NCBI GenBank assembly: GCA_050012475.1
Contig: JBEKHC010000006.1
Span: 1 to 64,000 of the forward strand
Direction of reading: 5' to 3'
Source: Candidatus Velthaea sp.
Lineage (GTDB): Bacteria; Vulcanimicrobiota; Vulcanimicrobiia; Vulcanimicrobiales; Vulcanimicrobiaceae
Length of the DNA: 64,000 nt
The notes below the pieces were generated by a model. It was not told the origin of the DNA. It saw only the letters and a list, made by a program, of their open reading frames with translations, and searched no databases. A program made the translations under genes and the position numbers. Of the stretch, positions 1 to 9,508 are shown in pieces; the stretch's first letter is position 1, and the number at the start of each line of letters is the position of its first letter.

Positions 1-105
1 CGGCGAGAGGCTCGCGTCCCAGCGATCGAGTGCGGCGGCAACGCTCGGCGCGAGCAAGTCGCGGCGACGAAGCGCAGGTTCCAATTCAAGACGGCCAACG
101 TTCAC
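1..105 (-). CDS. 5' end of a gene running off the window, possibly YbaK/EbsC family
   Basis: GTG at 105 preceded by GAGGA; reads MNVGRLELEPALRRRDLLAPSVAAALDRWDASLSP, resembling N-termini of YbaK-like proteins; only 35 codons visible. Confidence 0.4.
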   Translation of the reverse strand, partial: MNVGRLELEPALRRRDLLAPSVAAALDRWDASLSP

Positions 106-426
106 GCGCTCAGTGTCCTCATCGCGGCGCTTCGTTTGCCTGCGCGCGCCCTTTGTGCCCAATCCGCATCCTGGTGCCAAACGCCGGCATCCGCTGACGA
201 CTCCATGGGACGGACGCCGCCCACCTCAAGTTCGTGGTCGAACTCATGGCGTGGGCTGAGCCGGCAGCTTCCCTCGGGACAGGCCCATCCCTGGCCGGAA
301 CCGTCGCGCTACAACGCCGGTTGCCTTGCGCGGCAAGATCCTCTGGCATGACGGGAACGGGCCATGACGTCCTTCTGCAGTCAAAGCATGATAGTGCTGG
401 GTCGGGCGGCGAACACTGTTCTTGTT

Positions 427-759
427 ATGCACGGCCAGGCAGCCCTGGATTCCCACAATATTCCCATCCTCGAGACAGCCCTGAAGAGTCTGCTTTCGCA
501 CGAAGCTGAGCTGCGCGCGGCGGGCGTGAGCCATGCAGCGGTGTTCGGCAGCGTTGCGCGGGGTGAAGCAACCGCCGATTCTGATATCGACGTTCTCGTC
601 GAGCTTGACCCGGCAGCGCGCGTCAGTCTCTATGACCTTATGGGCATTGAATTACGCCTAAGGGAGATCTTCGGGCGAAAAGTCGATGTCGTGAGCAGGC
701 GCGGCCTTCGGCCTCGCCTTGACGACGATATTTTAGAAGACGCCGTAAGCGCGTTTTAG
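427..759 (+). CDS. Minimal nucleotidyltransferase (MntA-type antitoxin)
   Basis: FGSVARG...SDIDVLV and RKVDVV motifs; start uncertain. Confidence 0.9.
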   Translation: MHGQAALDSHNIPILETALKSLLSHEAELRAAGVSHAAVFGSVARGEATADSDIDVLVELDPAARVSLYDLMGIELRLREIFGRKVDVVSRRGLRPRLDDDILEDAVSAF

Positions 760-761
760 CA

Positions 762-1136
762 ATGCGGCGCAGCGACCGCTTTATTTCACGACTTCGGGAT
801 ATTCAGCTGTATGGGGAGCGCGCTAAAAACACCGTCCGCGATCGCTCGTTCGGTGATATGGAACCGGTCGAACTTGATGCTCTTTGCTATCTCGTACTCA
901 TTATTAGCGAAGCAACGATCCATGCGTTGTTGCTCGATGAGGAGTTAGCCCAGCGGCATCCGGAAATTCCCTGGCGGGAGATACGCGCTACCGGCAATCG
1001 CTTGCGTCATGGATATGCGACGATCGATCTTGAGCTCGTACATCAGGTGGTCCAAAAGGGTCACATCGATCAGCTATTGGAGGTCGCACGTACAGAATTA
1101 AGCCGCGCTGGTCTTCTTGATAGCGGCTCGAGTTAA
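762..1136 (+). CDS. DUF86/HepT-like HEPN ribonuclease toxin
   Basis: PEIPWREIRATGNRLRHGY HEPN-like motif; 2 bp downstream of the MNT gene. Confidence 0.85.
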   Translation: MRRSDRFISRLRDIQLYGERAKNTVRDRSFGDMEPVELDALCYLVLIISEATIHALLLDEELAQRHPEIPWREIRATGNRLRHGYATIDLELVHQVVQKGHIDQLLEVARTELSRAGLLDSGSS

Positions 1137-1361
1137 GAAAGCCGCTTCCCCGCCGAATCTTCGTTAGCGCGCCAACGGGTGAACCCAACAAGTCGCCGCA
1201 TCTCTACGAAACCTGCCGTCGGTTCGCTGCCGCGTCGTTGCCGGTCAGGAGACGAAGCGGAACGCCGTTGGAAGAATGGCGCGAGGTTCGGCAGCCATGA
1301 TGGAACTCGACGTCGCGCACGAGTGATGCCGACAAGCGGCTGCACAGCGTGACGAGCGCTT

Positions 1362-1916
1362 TTAGCCCTTACACATGGCTTTCATCTGCTCTTTAGCGTG
1401 CGCCGCAGTTGCACCACCGGCCGCGCCCTGCGCAGCCAACGCGATATAGCCCTGGTCGAACGGCGGTGTAATGTTCTCGATGCCGATCTGGGTTCTATCC
1501 ATACCGAGCGACTTCGAGGCTTCCGCCAGTTTGGCGCTGCTGAAGTTCATTCGGCTGACGACGACTGTCTGCGATCCGTCGGCGCTGATGACCTCGAGGG
1601 ATGTCTGACTGTTTCCGCCGGCCTCGTCGCTTAGCATCCGGGTGAAATCGATCGCGCGAGACCCGGGGAGCCGGCTTTGGTACCATTTCGCGACCAAGTG
1701 CGGATCGGCGTTGACCGTCAATGACTTCTCGACGGTGATCGTGCGACCGCATGAGGTTGTTCCCGAATGACGGCCGGGTGGAAGCTTCTCCTCGTGCGCT
1801 GCCGGATATGCCGGGAGGTCGGCGCCGGCCGCCGCCGCCCGAGTAACAGAACTCAGGGCCGTCGCGAGCGCGAGCACGAGGAGCTGAGCCAGAGGTCCTG
1901 CGGGCTTGAAATGCAT
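1362..1916 (-). CDS. Secreted hypothetical protein
   Basis: Signal-peptide-like N-terminus MHFKPAGPLAQLLVLALATALSSVTRAAAA followed by DLPAYP. Confidence 0.7.
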   Translation of the reverse strand: MHFKPAGPLAQLLVLALATALSSVTRAAAAGADLPAYPAAHEEKLPPGRHSGTTSCGRTITVEKSLTVNADPHLVAKWYQSRLPGSRAIDFTRMLSDEAGGNSQTSLEVISADGSQTVVVSRMNFSSAKLAEASKSLGMDRTQIGIENITPPFDQGYIALAAQGAAGGATAAHAKEQMKAMCKG

Positions 1917-2112
1917 CGGTCGGTCTCCAGTTGTAAGGGGGCGCCCGAAGCAACTGCCGTTGAGCGCTCCGCTCATGCTAACCACAGGTCGTGCCGCCGG
2001 CGTGCGGTCCGTTCGGAGCCGGCTCGGCTCGCGGTCCGGCGGTGCGGCGCCCCTTGCGCGGACGTCGTCAATCCAAGGGTTCGATCTGCCGGAGACTATA
2101 AGGAACGGTTTC

Positions 2113-3027
2113 ATGGTCACACCACAAACCGGAATCTTCGCGCTCGGCGATGCCGCGCACACCTATCTCGAGTTCGAGCTTCGCCCCGGCATCGATGCGG
2201 CTCGCTTCGTGCAGTCGGTCGTGGACATCCACGAACCGCGCTCGACCGTCGCGGGCGTCAACTTGATCGTCGGTTTCCGGCCGGAGCTGTGGCGCACGGT
2301 TGCTCCGGATGCAATCCCCGCCGCACTGATCGGCTTCAATGCGCCCATGACGGGTCCCGACGGCTACACGATGCCGGCGACCCAGGCCGACCTGTGGATG
2401 TGGCTCGCGGGATCGTCGTACGACGTCGTATTCGATGTCGCGCGCGACGCGATCGCTGCGCTCAAATCGGTTGCCGCTCTGACGAGAAATCTCGACGGCT
2501 GGTCCTATCGGCATAACCGGGACCTTACCGGCTTTCAGGACGGCACGGAAAATCCGTCGCTGATGATCGCGCCCGACTTCGCGATCGTACCTGACGGCAC
2601 ACCGGGAGCCGGCGGAGCCGTTTTGCTCTATCAGCAATGGCAGCATCAGTTCGCCGCTTGGGAGGCGCTCTCCGACGACGCCCAAGAACGCGTCATCGGA
2701 CGAACGAAGCTCGCGAGCATCGAGCTTGCCGAAGATGTCATGCCGGAAGATTCGCACGTCTCCCGCACGACCGTCGAAGAGGATGGCGAAGAGCGCAAGA
2801 TCTTCCGGCGCAATACCGCCTACGGCAATGTCACCGACCACGGTACCATCTTCGTCGGTTTCGGCGCCGACCAAGACCGCTTACACCGGATGTTGGAGCG
2901 CATGGCCGGGATCGGCGACGGCAAACGCGACGCGCTCACGCGCTATACGACCGCCCTGACGGGCGCGTATTACTTCGTTCCGTCGCTTCAAGATCTGCGC
3001 CGGTTCGCAAGCCCGGAGAGCGACTAA
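2113..3027 (+). CDS. DyP-type peroxidase
   Basis: PQTGIF N-terminus, GFQDGTENP, proximal His in SHV, IFRRN, YYFVPS; AGGA RBS. Confidence 0.95.
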   Translation: MVTPQTGIFALGDAAHTYLEFELRPGIDAARFVQSVVDIHEPRSTVAGVNLIVGFRPELWRTVAPDAIPAALIGFNAPMTGPDGYTMPATQADLWMWLAGSSYDVVFDVARDAIAALKSVAALTRNLDGWSYRHNRDLTGFQDGTENPSLMIAPDFAIVPDGTPGAGGAVLLYQQWQHQFAAWEALSDDAQERVIGRTKLASIELAEDVMPEDSHVSRTTVEEDGEERKIFRRNTAYGNVTDHGTIFVGFGADQDRLHRMLERMAGIGDGKRDALTRYTTALTGAYYFVPSLQDLRRFASPESD

Positions 3028-3189
3028 CGCCGGGCGACGCACCGGAACTGGCAATATTTCATCACGCTCGCTGGTCGCCGAAATCGTTGCACTCCAGCGC
3101 GCGGCGCGGGCATCCGGATCGTGGTGCTTTAGCGCGGCCCGGACGGTTGCGCTCGTCGTTCACGAGAGCATTTCCCCGCGCCGCTTACC

Positions 3190-3493
3190 GGCAAGGACGA
3201 AGCTCCACCGCGCGCTCGCGCGGGGAACCGTCTTCCTAAACACTTGCGCAATGTCGACACGGCGGGTTGGCAAACCGTCTTCGAAACAAGCACCGCGATC
3301 GCAACCTGCACCAGGAAGAGATGTATTCGCAACAACAACGTTGCTTGCAAACCACACTGCACTTGCGTACCACACTGCAAATGAAGCCTTCGGAGCCATC
3401 CCACGCATCCGGCGTATTGCCACATTGTCTCGAACGAACACAATGCGTCGAGCCGGATACCATCGACGGATCGCCGTCACTCCTTAACGGAGC
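3190..3493 (-). ncRNA. Candidate structured, repeat-containing ncRNA
   Basis: Promoter-like TTGAAA-16-TACATT upstream; nested stems ATCCGGC/GCCGGAT and CATTGT/ACAATG; GACGG/CCGTC hairpin; 18-bp tandem repeat at 3344-3379; GC hairpin at about 3205-3226; no convincing ORF. Confidence 0.45.
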
Positions 3494-3499
3494 GCTAAC

Positions 3500-3527
3500 A
3501 ATGTAAAACTACGCGCCGATATTTCAA
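3500..3527 (-). promoter_or_regulatory. Sigma70-like promoter (minus strand)
   Basis: TTGAAA (3527-3522), 16-nt spacer, TACATT (3505-3500). Confidence 0.5.
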
Positions 3528-3529
3528 GT

Positions 3530-4018
3530 ATGCGGCTGCTTGGAATGGTCGTCGCGGTGCTCTGCCTAGTGGGCTCAGCCTCCGGCGAAACTGAATACGA
3601 CCCGCTCGTTGTGGTCAATCCCGTTCCCGCTGTCGTGCGCACCGCGGATGAAGCGGCGCTCATTTCGGATGTCAACATCGTACGAATCCGCCACGGCATC
3701 CCCACGCTGCGCACCGACAGCCGGCTCACCGAAGTTGCGCTCTCGCACGCGGAAAACATGGCCGCGCGCCGCTTCTTCGGCCACACCGGACCCGACGGTG
3801 TCGATCTTCCGGCCCGGCTCGCAAGGGCGGGCCTGCAATGGACCGTCGCGGCCGAGAATATCGCGCTTGACAGCGACGAAGCGCATGCAAACAACGCGCT
3901 GGTCAACAGCTCCGAACATCTGGCGAACATCCTCGACCCGCGAGTTCGAAAAATCGGGGTGGCCGCACTCGGCGTCGGCCACCAGGCAACCCTGTACGTC
4001 GAAGACTTCGCGCTCTAA
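3530..4018 (+). CDS. CAP/SCP-domain secreted protein
   Basis: Signal peptide; HAENMAARRFFGH, AENIA, SSEHLANILDP, IGV motifs. Confidence 0.9.
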   Translation: MRLLGMVVAVLCLVGSASGETEYDPLVVVNPVPAVVRTADEAALISDVNIVRIRHGIPTLRTDSRLTEVALSHAENMAARRFFGHTGPDGVDLPARLARAGLQWTVAAENIALDSDEAHANNALVNSSEHLANILDPRVRKIGVAALGVGHQATLYVEDFAL

Positions 4019-4361
4019 CCCGCGGCCGGCAGCAAAAGATCGCCGTTCGAGCAGCGACGTGCGGCGCGGGCTCCCGGCTGCGTCCGACGTTTGCGACCGT
4101 CGCGGCGATCACGCCGTCGAAAGCAGCGCCCCTATGCGCACGTTGTCCATGTGCGTCTCGGCCGGACACCGACGAGTTTTTCGTCGAGATTCGTGACAAA
4201 GTCGCGACGCGCGCGTCCCGCCTCCGCCGAAAACCGCTGCCGAGAGGCCGCGCGGTCACGGCGGGGGAGGAATGGTGGACACGTCCGAGATCATGCGGCA
4301 GACAATCGTAGCTGCTGCTGCCGCATCATCCAACCCGAAGCGACGTCCGGAGGCGACCGTC

Positions 4362-4391
4362 AGGGCTCGTCCGCGCCGGCCGAGCCCCTTT
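4362..4391. terminator. Hairpin terminator between convergent genes
   Basis: AGGGCTCG/CGAGCCCT stem followed by a short T run, just after the aldolase stop. Confidence 0.5.
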
Positions 4392-4396
4392 GCCGT

Positions 4397-5329
4397 TTAG
4401 ACCTTGACCGTCGAAGCTTGGAAGATCTGGTCGATCGCTTTGGCGAGGGCCGCGTCGAATTCGGCGTCGGTCATCTGGAAGCGCAGTTCCTCGACCAGCG
4501 CCCGCGAGAAGCTCGCGATCATCCCGTGGTTATGCGCGAGTTTCTTGCACGCGTCGTCGCGCGTGTAACCGCCGGACAACGCCACGACGCGCTCGACACG
4601 CTCGTCCGCGATGAGCGGCGCGTACAGGTCGGCCTTGTCGGGGATCGTGAGTTTGAACATGATCGGCTTGCCGGCGGGGTACGAATTGAGACCCTTGAGC
4701 AGCTCGGCGAGCAGAATGTCCTCAGCCTTGGCTTTTTCGGGGCTCTTGATCGAGACTTCGGGCTCGAGAATCGGCGACAGTCCGTGAGCCGCGATCTGCG
4801 CGCCCAATTCGTACTGCTGCTTCACGATCGCCGCGATGCCGCTGGGGCTGGCCAGATTGATGACCGAACGCATTTTCGTGCCGTAGACACCGAGCTTCAC
4901 GGCACGCGCGAGCAGTTCGTCCAGACCCGGAATCGGCTTCATCAGCTGGACGCCGTCGGCTTCCTTTTCCAGGCCTTTGTCGACTTTGAGCAACGGGACG
5001 ACCCGGCGATCTTCCCACAAGAACGACGGAACGGGTTTGCCGTCGACATCGCCGTCCATGGTCCGCTCGAACAGAATCGCCGCGATGACTTTGTCGCCGG
5101 TAAACGCCGGCGATTTCATGATGCGGACGCGCCATTCGTGCATGAGTTTAAACATCTCGGCGTCGCCGCTGTACGCGGTTTCCGCGATCCCATACGCGCG
5201 CAAGGCCCCCGGCGTCGAGCCGCCGCTTTGATCGAGTGCGGCTAGGAAGCCCGGCTTCTTGGCGATCTGCTCGCTCATCGCCGCCTGCGACACGGTTGTA
5301 GCATTGACTGACAAAATTGGTTCCTCCAC
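4397..5329 (-). CDS. fda: Class I fructose-bisphosphate aldolase
   Basis: GFLAALDQSGGSTP, ILFERTM, LKVDKGL, GTKMRSVI, ALSGGY, ASFSRAL; start may lie 12-17 codons downstream. Confidence 0.95.
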   Translation of the reverse strand: MEEPILSVNATTVSQAAMSEQIAKKPGFLAALDQSGGSTPGALRAYGIAETAYSGDAEMFKLMHEWRVRIMKSPAFTGDKVIAAILFERTMDGDVDGKPVPSFLWEDRRVVPLLKVDKGLEKEADGVQLMKPIPGLDELLARAVKLGVYGTKMRSVINLASPSGIAAIVKQQYELGAQIAAHGLSPILEPEVSIKSPEKAKAEDILLAELLKGLNSYPAGKPIMFKLTIPDKADLYAPLIADERVERVVALSGGYTRDDACKKLAHNHGMIASFSRALVEELRFQMTDAEFDAALAKAIDQIFQASTVKV

Positions 5330-5646
5330 GAAAAATGACGTTGCCCCGTTAGCTTCGGCCCGACGGCAAAAAGTACCTTAGAGGCGCTTGCCATCTATGA
5401 CGGCCCCACGAGATTGAGCGCGGCATCACTTGCGACGTCGAATGCCGCTCGTTGATGGCCGGTTCGCGCTCGCGCTAACGTGTTACGCGGCTTCAGGCAG
5501 TTCTCGTTCGAGTAGACGCTCGCGCCGGTGAGCGGCGCTGTTGTAAGCCAGGTCTCGTTCGAGCGAATGCTTGCTACCTCACGGGCTCAGCTCGCCGCCG
5601 AGAGCCGCATCACGGCCGTGTGCGGTTGCAGCATTTCGCCGCGTCT

Positions 5647-7446
5647 TCAAACGCTGAGCAATTCGATGGGCAACTCGCGGTGCAGCAAGACCCACTCTCC
5701 GTTTTCGACGACCGCCTCGCGGCCGATATCGAGGATGACTTCGCGGGCAACCGCCAAGCGCGACGCCGGAGCATCGTCGTCGGGGTCTTGCTGCGGCTGG
5801 TCGGCACGGTCGAGCGCATCGATCGCGCGTTGGTAGATCGCCTGCATCACGGAGTACCGGCGCGCGTGCTGGTGCAGCGCGCGGCGCTCCGGATAGTCGT
5901 GCAGCAGCGCAGCGAGAATCGTCGACGCGGCGATGAGAAAGATCAGGACGCCGTGCGCCGTTTCGGTGACATCGTCGGTTGGATACGATGCGCGCCCGAA
6001 CGTCCACCAGAGGTGCATCGACACCCCAAAAGCGATCAAGAGCACCGACGAGGCGAAGCTCAGTCCCAAGGCCCACGTCGCGAGGCGCTTGTATCGATTC
6101 GCCGCAGCGCTCTCTCGCTTCGACGCCGTTTCGAAATACGCGAGCTGTTTGGCCACGAAGTCACGCACCGCCGCAACACCGTCCGCTTCGTCGAAGGCAT
6201 ACGTCGGGTTGACCGCGCGATCGACGTTGTGCGCGGTGCGAATCGCCTCGCGGATCCAATCGAGCTCGCTGCGCTGGCGTCGCACGTAGTAGTCGGCCAC
6301 CGAGTCGCGCAAGCCGATGCGCATCCAGACGTGCTGCACCCACAGCCCCATTTCCAGTGCCCGATAGTCCTGACAGCGATCTTGCCAACGGCCGCGGCGG
6401 GCCGCCAAGTAAGCGAGACCGGCGATGACGAGCGCCGCGAGATAGGGCAGCACCAGCAGATGCTTGCGCGGATACAGATGCGAATAGCCGGCTAAGGTCA
6501 GCGCGGCGACGCCGGTGGCCAGGAACAGCCGGTCCAGGGCGACGCGCGACTTGCGCTGATAATGATTTGCTGCCGCCTCGGCCATGCGCATTCGACGCTC
6601 GGTGAACGACGTCGCGCTCGTGGGCGCCTGATCGATGAGCTGGCAGTCGTCGTTGAAATCCGCGATGCGCCGGTACAGCGGCTCGAACGGATCGGACTTC
6701 TCCCCTTCGAGAACCGCCAGCGCATACGGCGCGTCCGTGGTCGGCAGACCGCCGCGAACGATCCGCTGGGTATGACCCGGCGGTACGACCGCATCCTGCT
6801 GTGCGAAGCGCGGCGCATACACGTGATAGACGCAGCCGGTCTCGGGCGCATCGAGGACCGAGGTGCGGTGTAGATAGTGACCGGGGACGCCGTAACAGCG
6901 AAAGCGCACGATCTCCGCGGTGCCGCCCACCGCCGTTGACTGCTCGCCGTCCCACAAGGCAATGAGTACGTGCGAGGCTCGCGCGATATGCGCGCCGACG
7001 AGCGCATACTGGTGGGCCCGGCGATCCGGTTCCGCGACGTTTTCGGGATCGTTGTCGCGCACGAACGGCATTGCATACGAGCCGACGGCGCCGCGCAGCA
7101 GTTCGCCGAACTCGCTGCGCGAAGCAGGACTGAAGTCTTGGCAGTACTGCGCCAGCGGCAACGGCAGCGGGACGAGATACGAGATGTTGCGCGCGATGGC
7201 AACGCGCGCCAACAAACGGTCCGCGCCTTCGGCCAGCGGCGTCAGCGCCAACAGCGGCGTCGTCGGATAGTCGGCCCGCAGCTGGTCGAGGATCCGGCCG
7301 ACAGCGCGTTCGAGTTCCGCGAGGTCCTCTGCGCGCAGATCGCGATGTCCGGTAACGCCCACGATGATCGGCAGCCCGCGCAGCGATCGCCGCCCGGATA
7401 ACGCCGGCTCGTGCACGCTCGGCACTTGGAGACCCGCCTGGGTCAC
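5647..7446 (-). CDS. SLOG-domain protein fused to transmembrane (SLATT-like) effector domains
   Basis: IVGVTGHR, PLAEGADRL and LIALWDG...GGTAEIV SLOG motifs; two C-terminal pairs of TM helices; ends ENGEW; start uncertain. Confidence 0.75.
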   Translation of the reverse strand: MTQAGLQVPSVHEPALSGRRSLRGLPIIVGVTGHRDLRAEDLAELERAVGRILDQLRADYPTTPLLALTPLAEGADRLLARVAIARNISYLVPLPLPLAQYCQDFSPASRSEFGELLRGAVGSYAMPFVRDNDPENVAEPDRRAHQYALVGAHIARASHVLIALWDGEQSTAVGGTAEIVRFRCYGVPGHYLHRTSVLDAPETGCVYHVYAPRFAQQDAVVPPGHTQRIVRGGLPTTDAPYALAVLEGEKSDPFEPLYRRIADFNDDCQLIDQAPTSATSFTERRMRMAEAAANHYQRKSRVALDRLFLATGVAALTLAGYSHLYPRKHLLVLPYLAALVIAGLAYLAARRGRWQDRCQDYRALEMGLWVQHVWMRIGLRDSVADYYVRRQRSELDWIREAIRTAHNVDRAVNPTYAFDEADGVAAVRDFVAKQLAYFETASKRESAAANRYKRLATWALGLSFASSVLLIAFGVSMHLWWTFGRASYPTDDVTETAHGVLIFLIAASTILAALLHDYPERRALHQHARRYSVMQAIYQRAIDALDRADQPQQDPDDDAPASRLAVAREVILDIGREAVVENGEWVLLHRELPIELLSV

Positions 7447-7839
7447 GGCAACGCGCGCCGACCGAACCGGCGACGCTTGCGGTAACGGCCGTTCACGTGC
7501 ACGACGCAACCTTTCCGAACAGAGTCGACCCCAGAAGCTGAGTCCGCCCACGCGACTCGGCTGTCCTTCATCCAGCCGATTGCATGGCAAGCGCCAGTCG
7601 AGGGCTCCAGCTAGCATTCACAGTGCCAAAAGCCCCAATTCTTTGCGTCTCCATCGCGCGGTCTGTGCCGAAGGAACAACGACGCATCACCCTTTTGTTT
7701 GCGCGATAGGAACGGAAACGTTGCACGAGTCTTGCTCACCGTATGGTCGTCATATCGACGGAATCGATTGCGCTTGCCGAGCGCTCGACCCGCGTCGTTC
7801 TGATCGAATCCGGCTTCGCTGCCCGAACGTCATAGTGGA

Positions 7840-9507
7840 ATGATTCACAGCGGAAATTCGGAGCAGCGCTCGGACGGCCAACGCGGACAGATCCGCGCGC
7901 TGGCGGCGGACTATTATGACGTTCTCGGTGTTGCGCGCTCGGCTAGTCCGGCAACGATCAAGTTTGCCTATCGTCAGTTGGCCCGCAAGCACCATCCGGA
8001 CGTCAGCGAAGACCAAGCTTCAGCCGAACACAAGCTGCGCGAAATCAACGAGGCGTACAACGTCCTGAGCGATCGCCGCAAGCGGGCGAACTACGATCGC
8101 TTCGGCAACGCCGCCGCGACGGTCGGGGGCGCGGAAACGATGGCGCGCGTCTTCGACATGTTCTTCGGCGCAGCGCGCAAAGGCGCCGGCGAATCGCCGG
8201 GAAAAGACTTGCACTGCGACGCTGACGCTACCGCCGAAGAGTTAGCGGCCGGAACCGACCGCGAGATCTCGTTTCGCCATCTCGTGGCCTGCGAGGCTTG
8301 CAGCGGCTCGGGCGCCGACCCGGGCACGCCGGTATCCGTCTGCGAGCGCTGCTCGGGCAGCGGCACGATGCGCCAAGTGCGGCAGACGCCGCGTTCCGTT
8401 CACCTCACGCAGACGACCTGTTCGCTGTGCAACGGCGAAGGACAGATCGTCGCGACACCGTGTCGCGTTTGCGGCGGACGCGGCGGCATCGAGTCGGAGA
8501 AAGCGGTGATGGTGACGATCCCGCCGGGCACCCCCGACGGAACCGTGATCAAAATCGAAGGCGGCGGCGCGGCCGGTTTGCGCGGCGGCCGGGACGGCGA
8601 TTTGTACGTCCGTGTCGCGGTCGCGAGCAACGAGCCGAGCGCAAGCGACACGCCGTTGCCCAGCGACGCAGGGCCGGCCACTCCTGCTCCTCTTTCTTCC
8701 ACGATCCGCTGGCAGTGGATCGTCGCGATCGTGTTGCTCGCGCTCGTTCCGAGCGCAGGAATCGTCTATGCCGTCGATCATCGAGCTGCCGTCAAGCCGG
8801 CGAATGCGGCCGTCACCGTCTGCGCGATGCCGAGCGCGGAGCGGCTCGCGACCGACCTCGTGCGGGGCTACCGGCTCGGTGCGCTCAAGACGCCCCAGCG
8901 ACTCTTTGTCACCGGGACCGACGGTGACAACTGCGACGTTCGGTTCTCATTCGCGCCGGGCAATCTCAAGGCGGCCGTCGCGCGCGACGGCATCGTCGCG
9001 ATCGTCAATCCGCTCAATCCGATCTCGCGCATCAGCGAAGCCCAGCTGCGCGCGATCTTCAGCGGAACGATCCGTGACTGGTCGGAATTGGGCGGCCCGC
9101 CCGGCGCCATCGTTCCAATCTTGCCCAACGCTGCATCGGACGAAGCGCACGCCATCGAAGCGGCGCTCTTTTCGGGGCTGTCGATCGATCGCAGCGTGAT
9201 CCGCCGCCCGACGATCGCCGACGTCACGCGAACCGTCGCCGGAGCCGGACGGATCAGCCGCACGGCCATCGGACTCGTTCCGTACAGTCAAGCCATCCCG
9301 GCCAAGATGATTCCGCTCGCCTATCTTCCGCCCCCCAACGTTCTGACGATTGCGTCGCAACACTATCCGCTCACGCTCACCATCGCGCTGCAATCCGAAT
9401 CCCAGCACGACGGCGCGGCGGCGCAGCCGCTGATCGATTTTGCTCTCTCCCGCGACGGTCAGGCGATCGTCGAGAAGAACGGGCTCATCCCCCCGGAAGG
9501 CTTCTAA
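7840..9507 (+). CDS. DnaJ (J-domain plus zinc finger) fused via a TM helix to a PstS-like periplasmic binding domain
   Basis: DYYDVLGV...HPD; four CxxCxGxG; GDLYV; TM WQWIVAIVLLALV; VARDGIVAIVNPLNP...IFSGTIRDWSELGG; YPLT. Confidence 0.8.
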   Translation: MIHSGNSEQRSDGQRGQIRALAADYYDVLGVARSASPATIKFAYRQLARKHHPDVSEDQASAEHKLREINEAYNVLSDRRKRANYDRFGNAAATVGGAETMARVFDMFFGAARKGAGESPGKDLHCDADATAEELAAGTDREISFRHLVACEACSGSGADPGTPVSVCERCSGSGTMRQVRQTPRSVHLTQTTCSLCNGEGQIVATPCRVCGGRGGIESEKAVMVTIPPGTPDGTVIKIEGGGAAGLRGGRDGDLYVRVAVASNEPSASDTPLPSDAGPATPAPLSSTIRWQWIVAIVLLALVPSAGIVYAVDHRAAVKPANAAVTVCAMPSAERLATDLVRGYRLGALKTPQRLFVTGTDGDNCDVRFSFAPGNLKAAVARDGIVAIVNPLNPISRISEAQLRAIFSGTIRDWSELGGPPGAIVPILPNAASDEAHAIEAALFSGLSIDRSVIRRPTIADVTRTVAGAGRISRTAIGLVPYSQAIPAKMIPLAYLPPPNVLTIASQHYPLTLTIALQSESQHDGAAAQPLIDFALSRDGQAIVEKNGLIPPEGF

Positions 9508-9508
9508 C

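Noticed and set aside
3129..3506. Short overlapping ORFs in several frames
   Set aside because: No well-spaced RBS and no protein-like motif; RNA-like structure explains the region better
4265..4410. Short ORF after GGAGG at about 4270
   Set aside because: Runs through hairpins and the terminator into the aldolase end; low-complexity product
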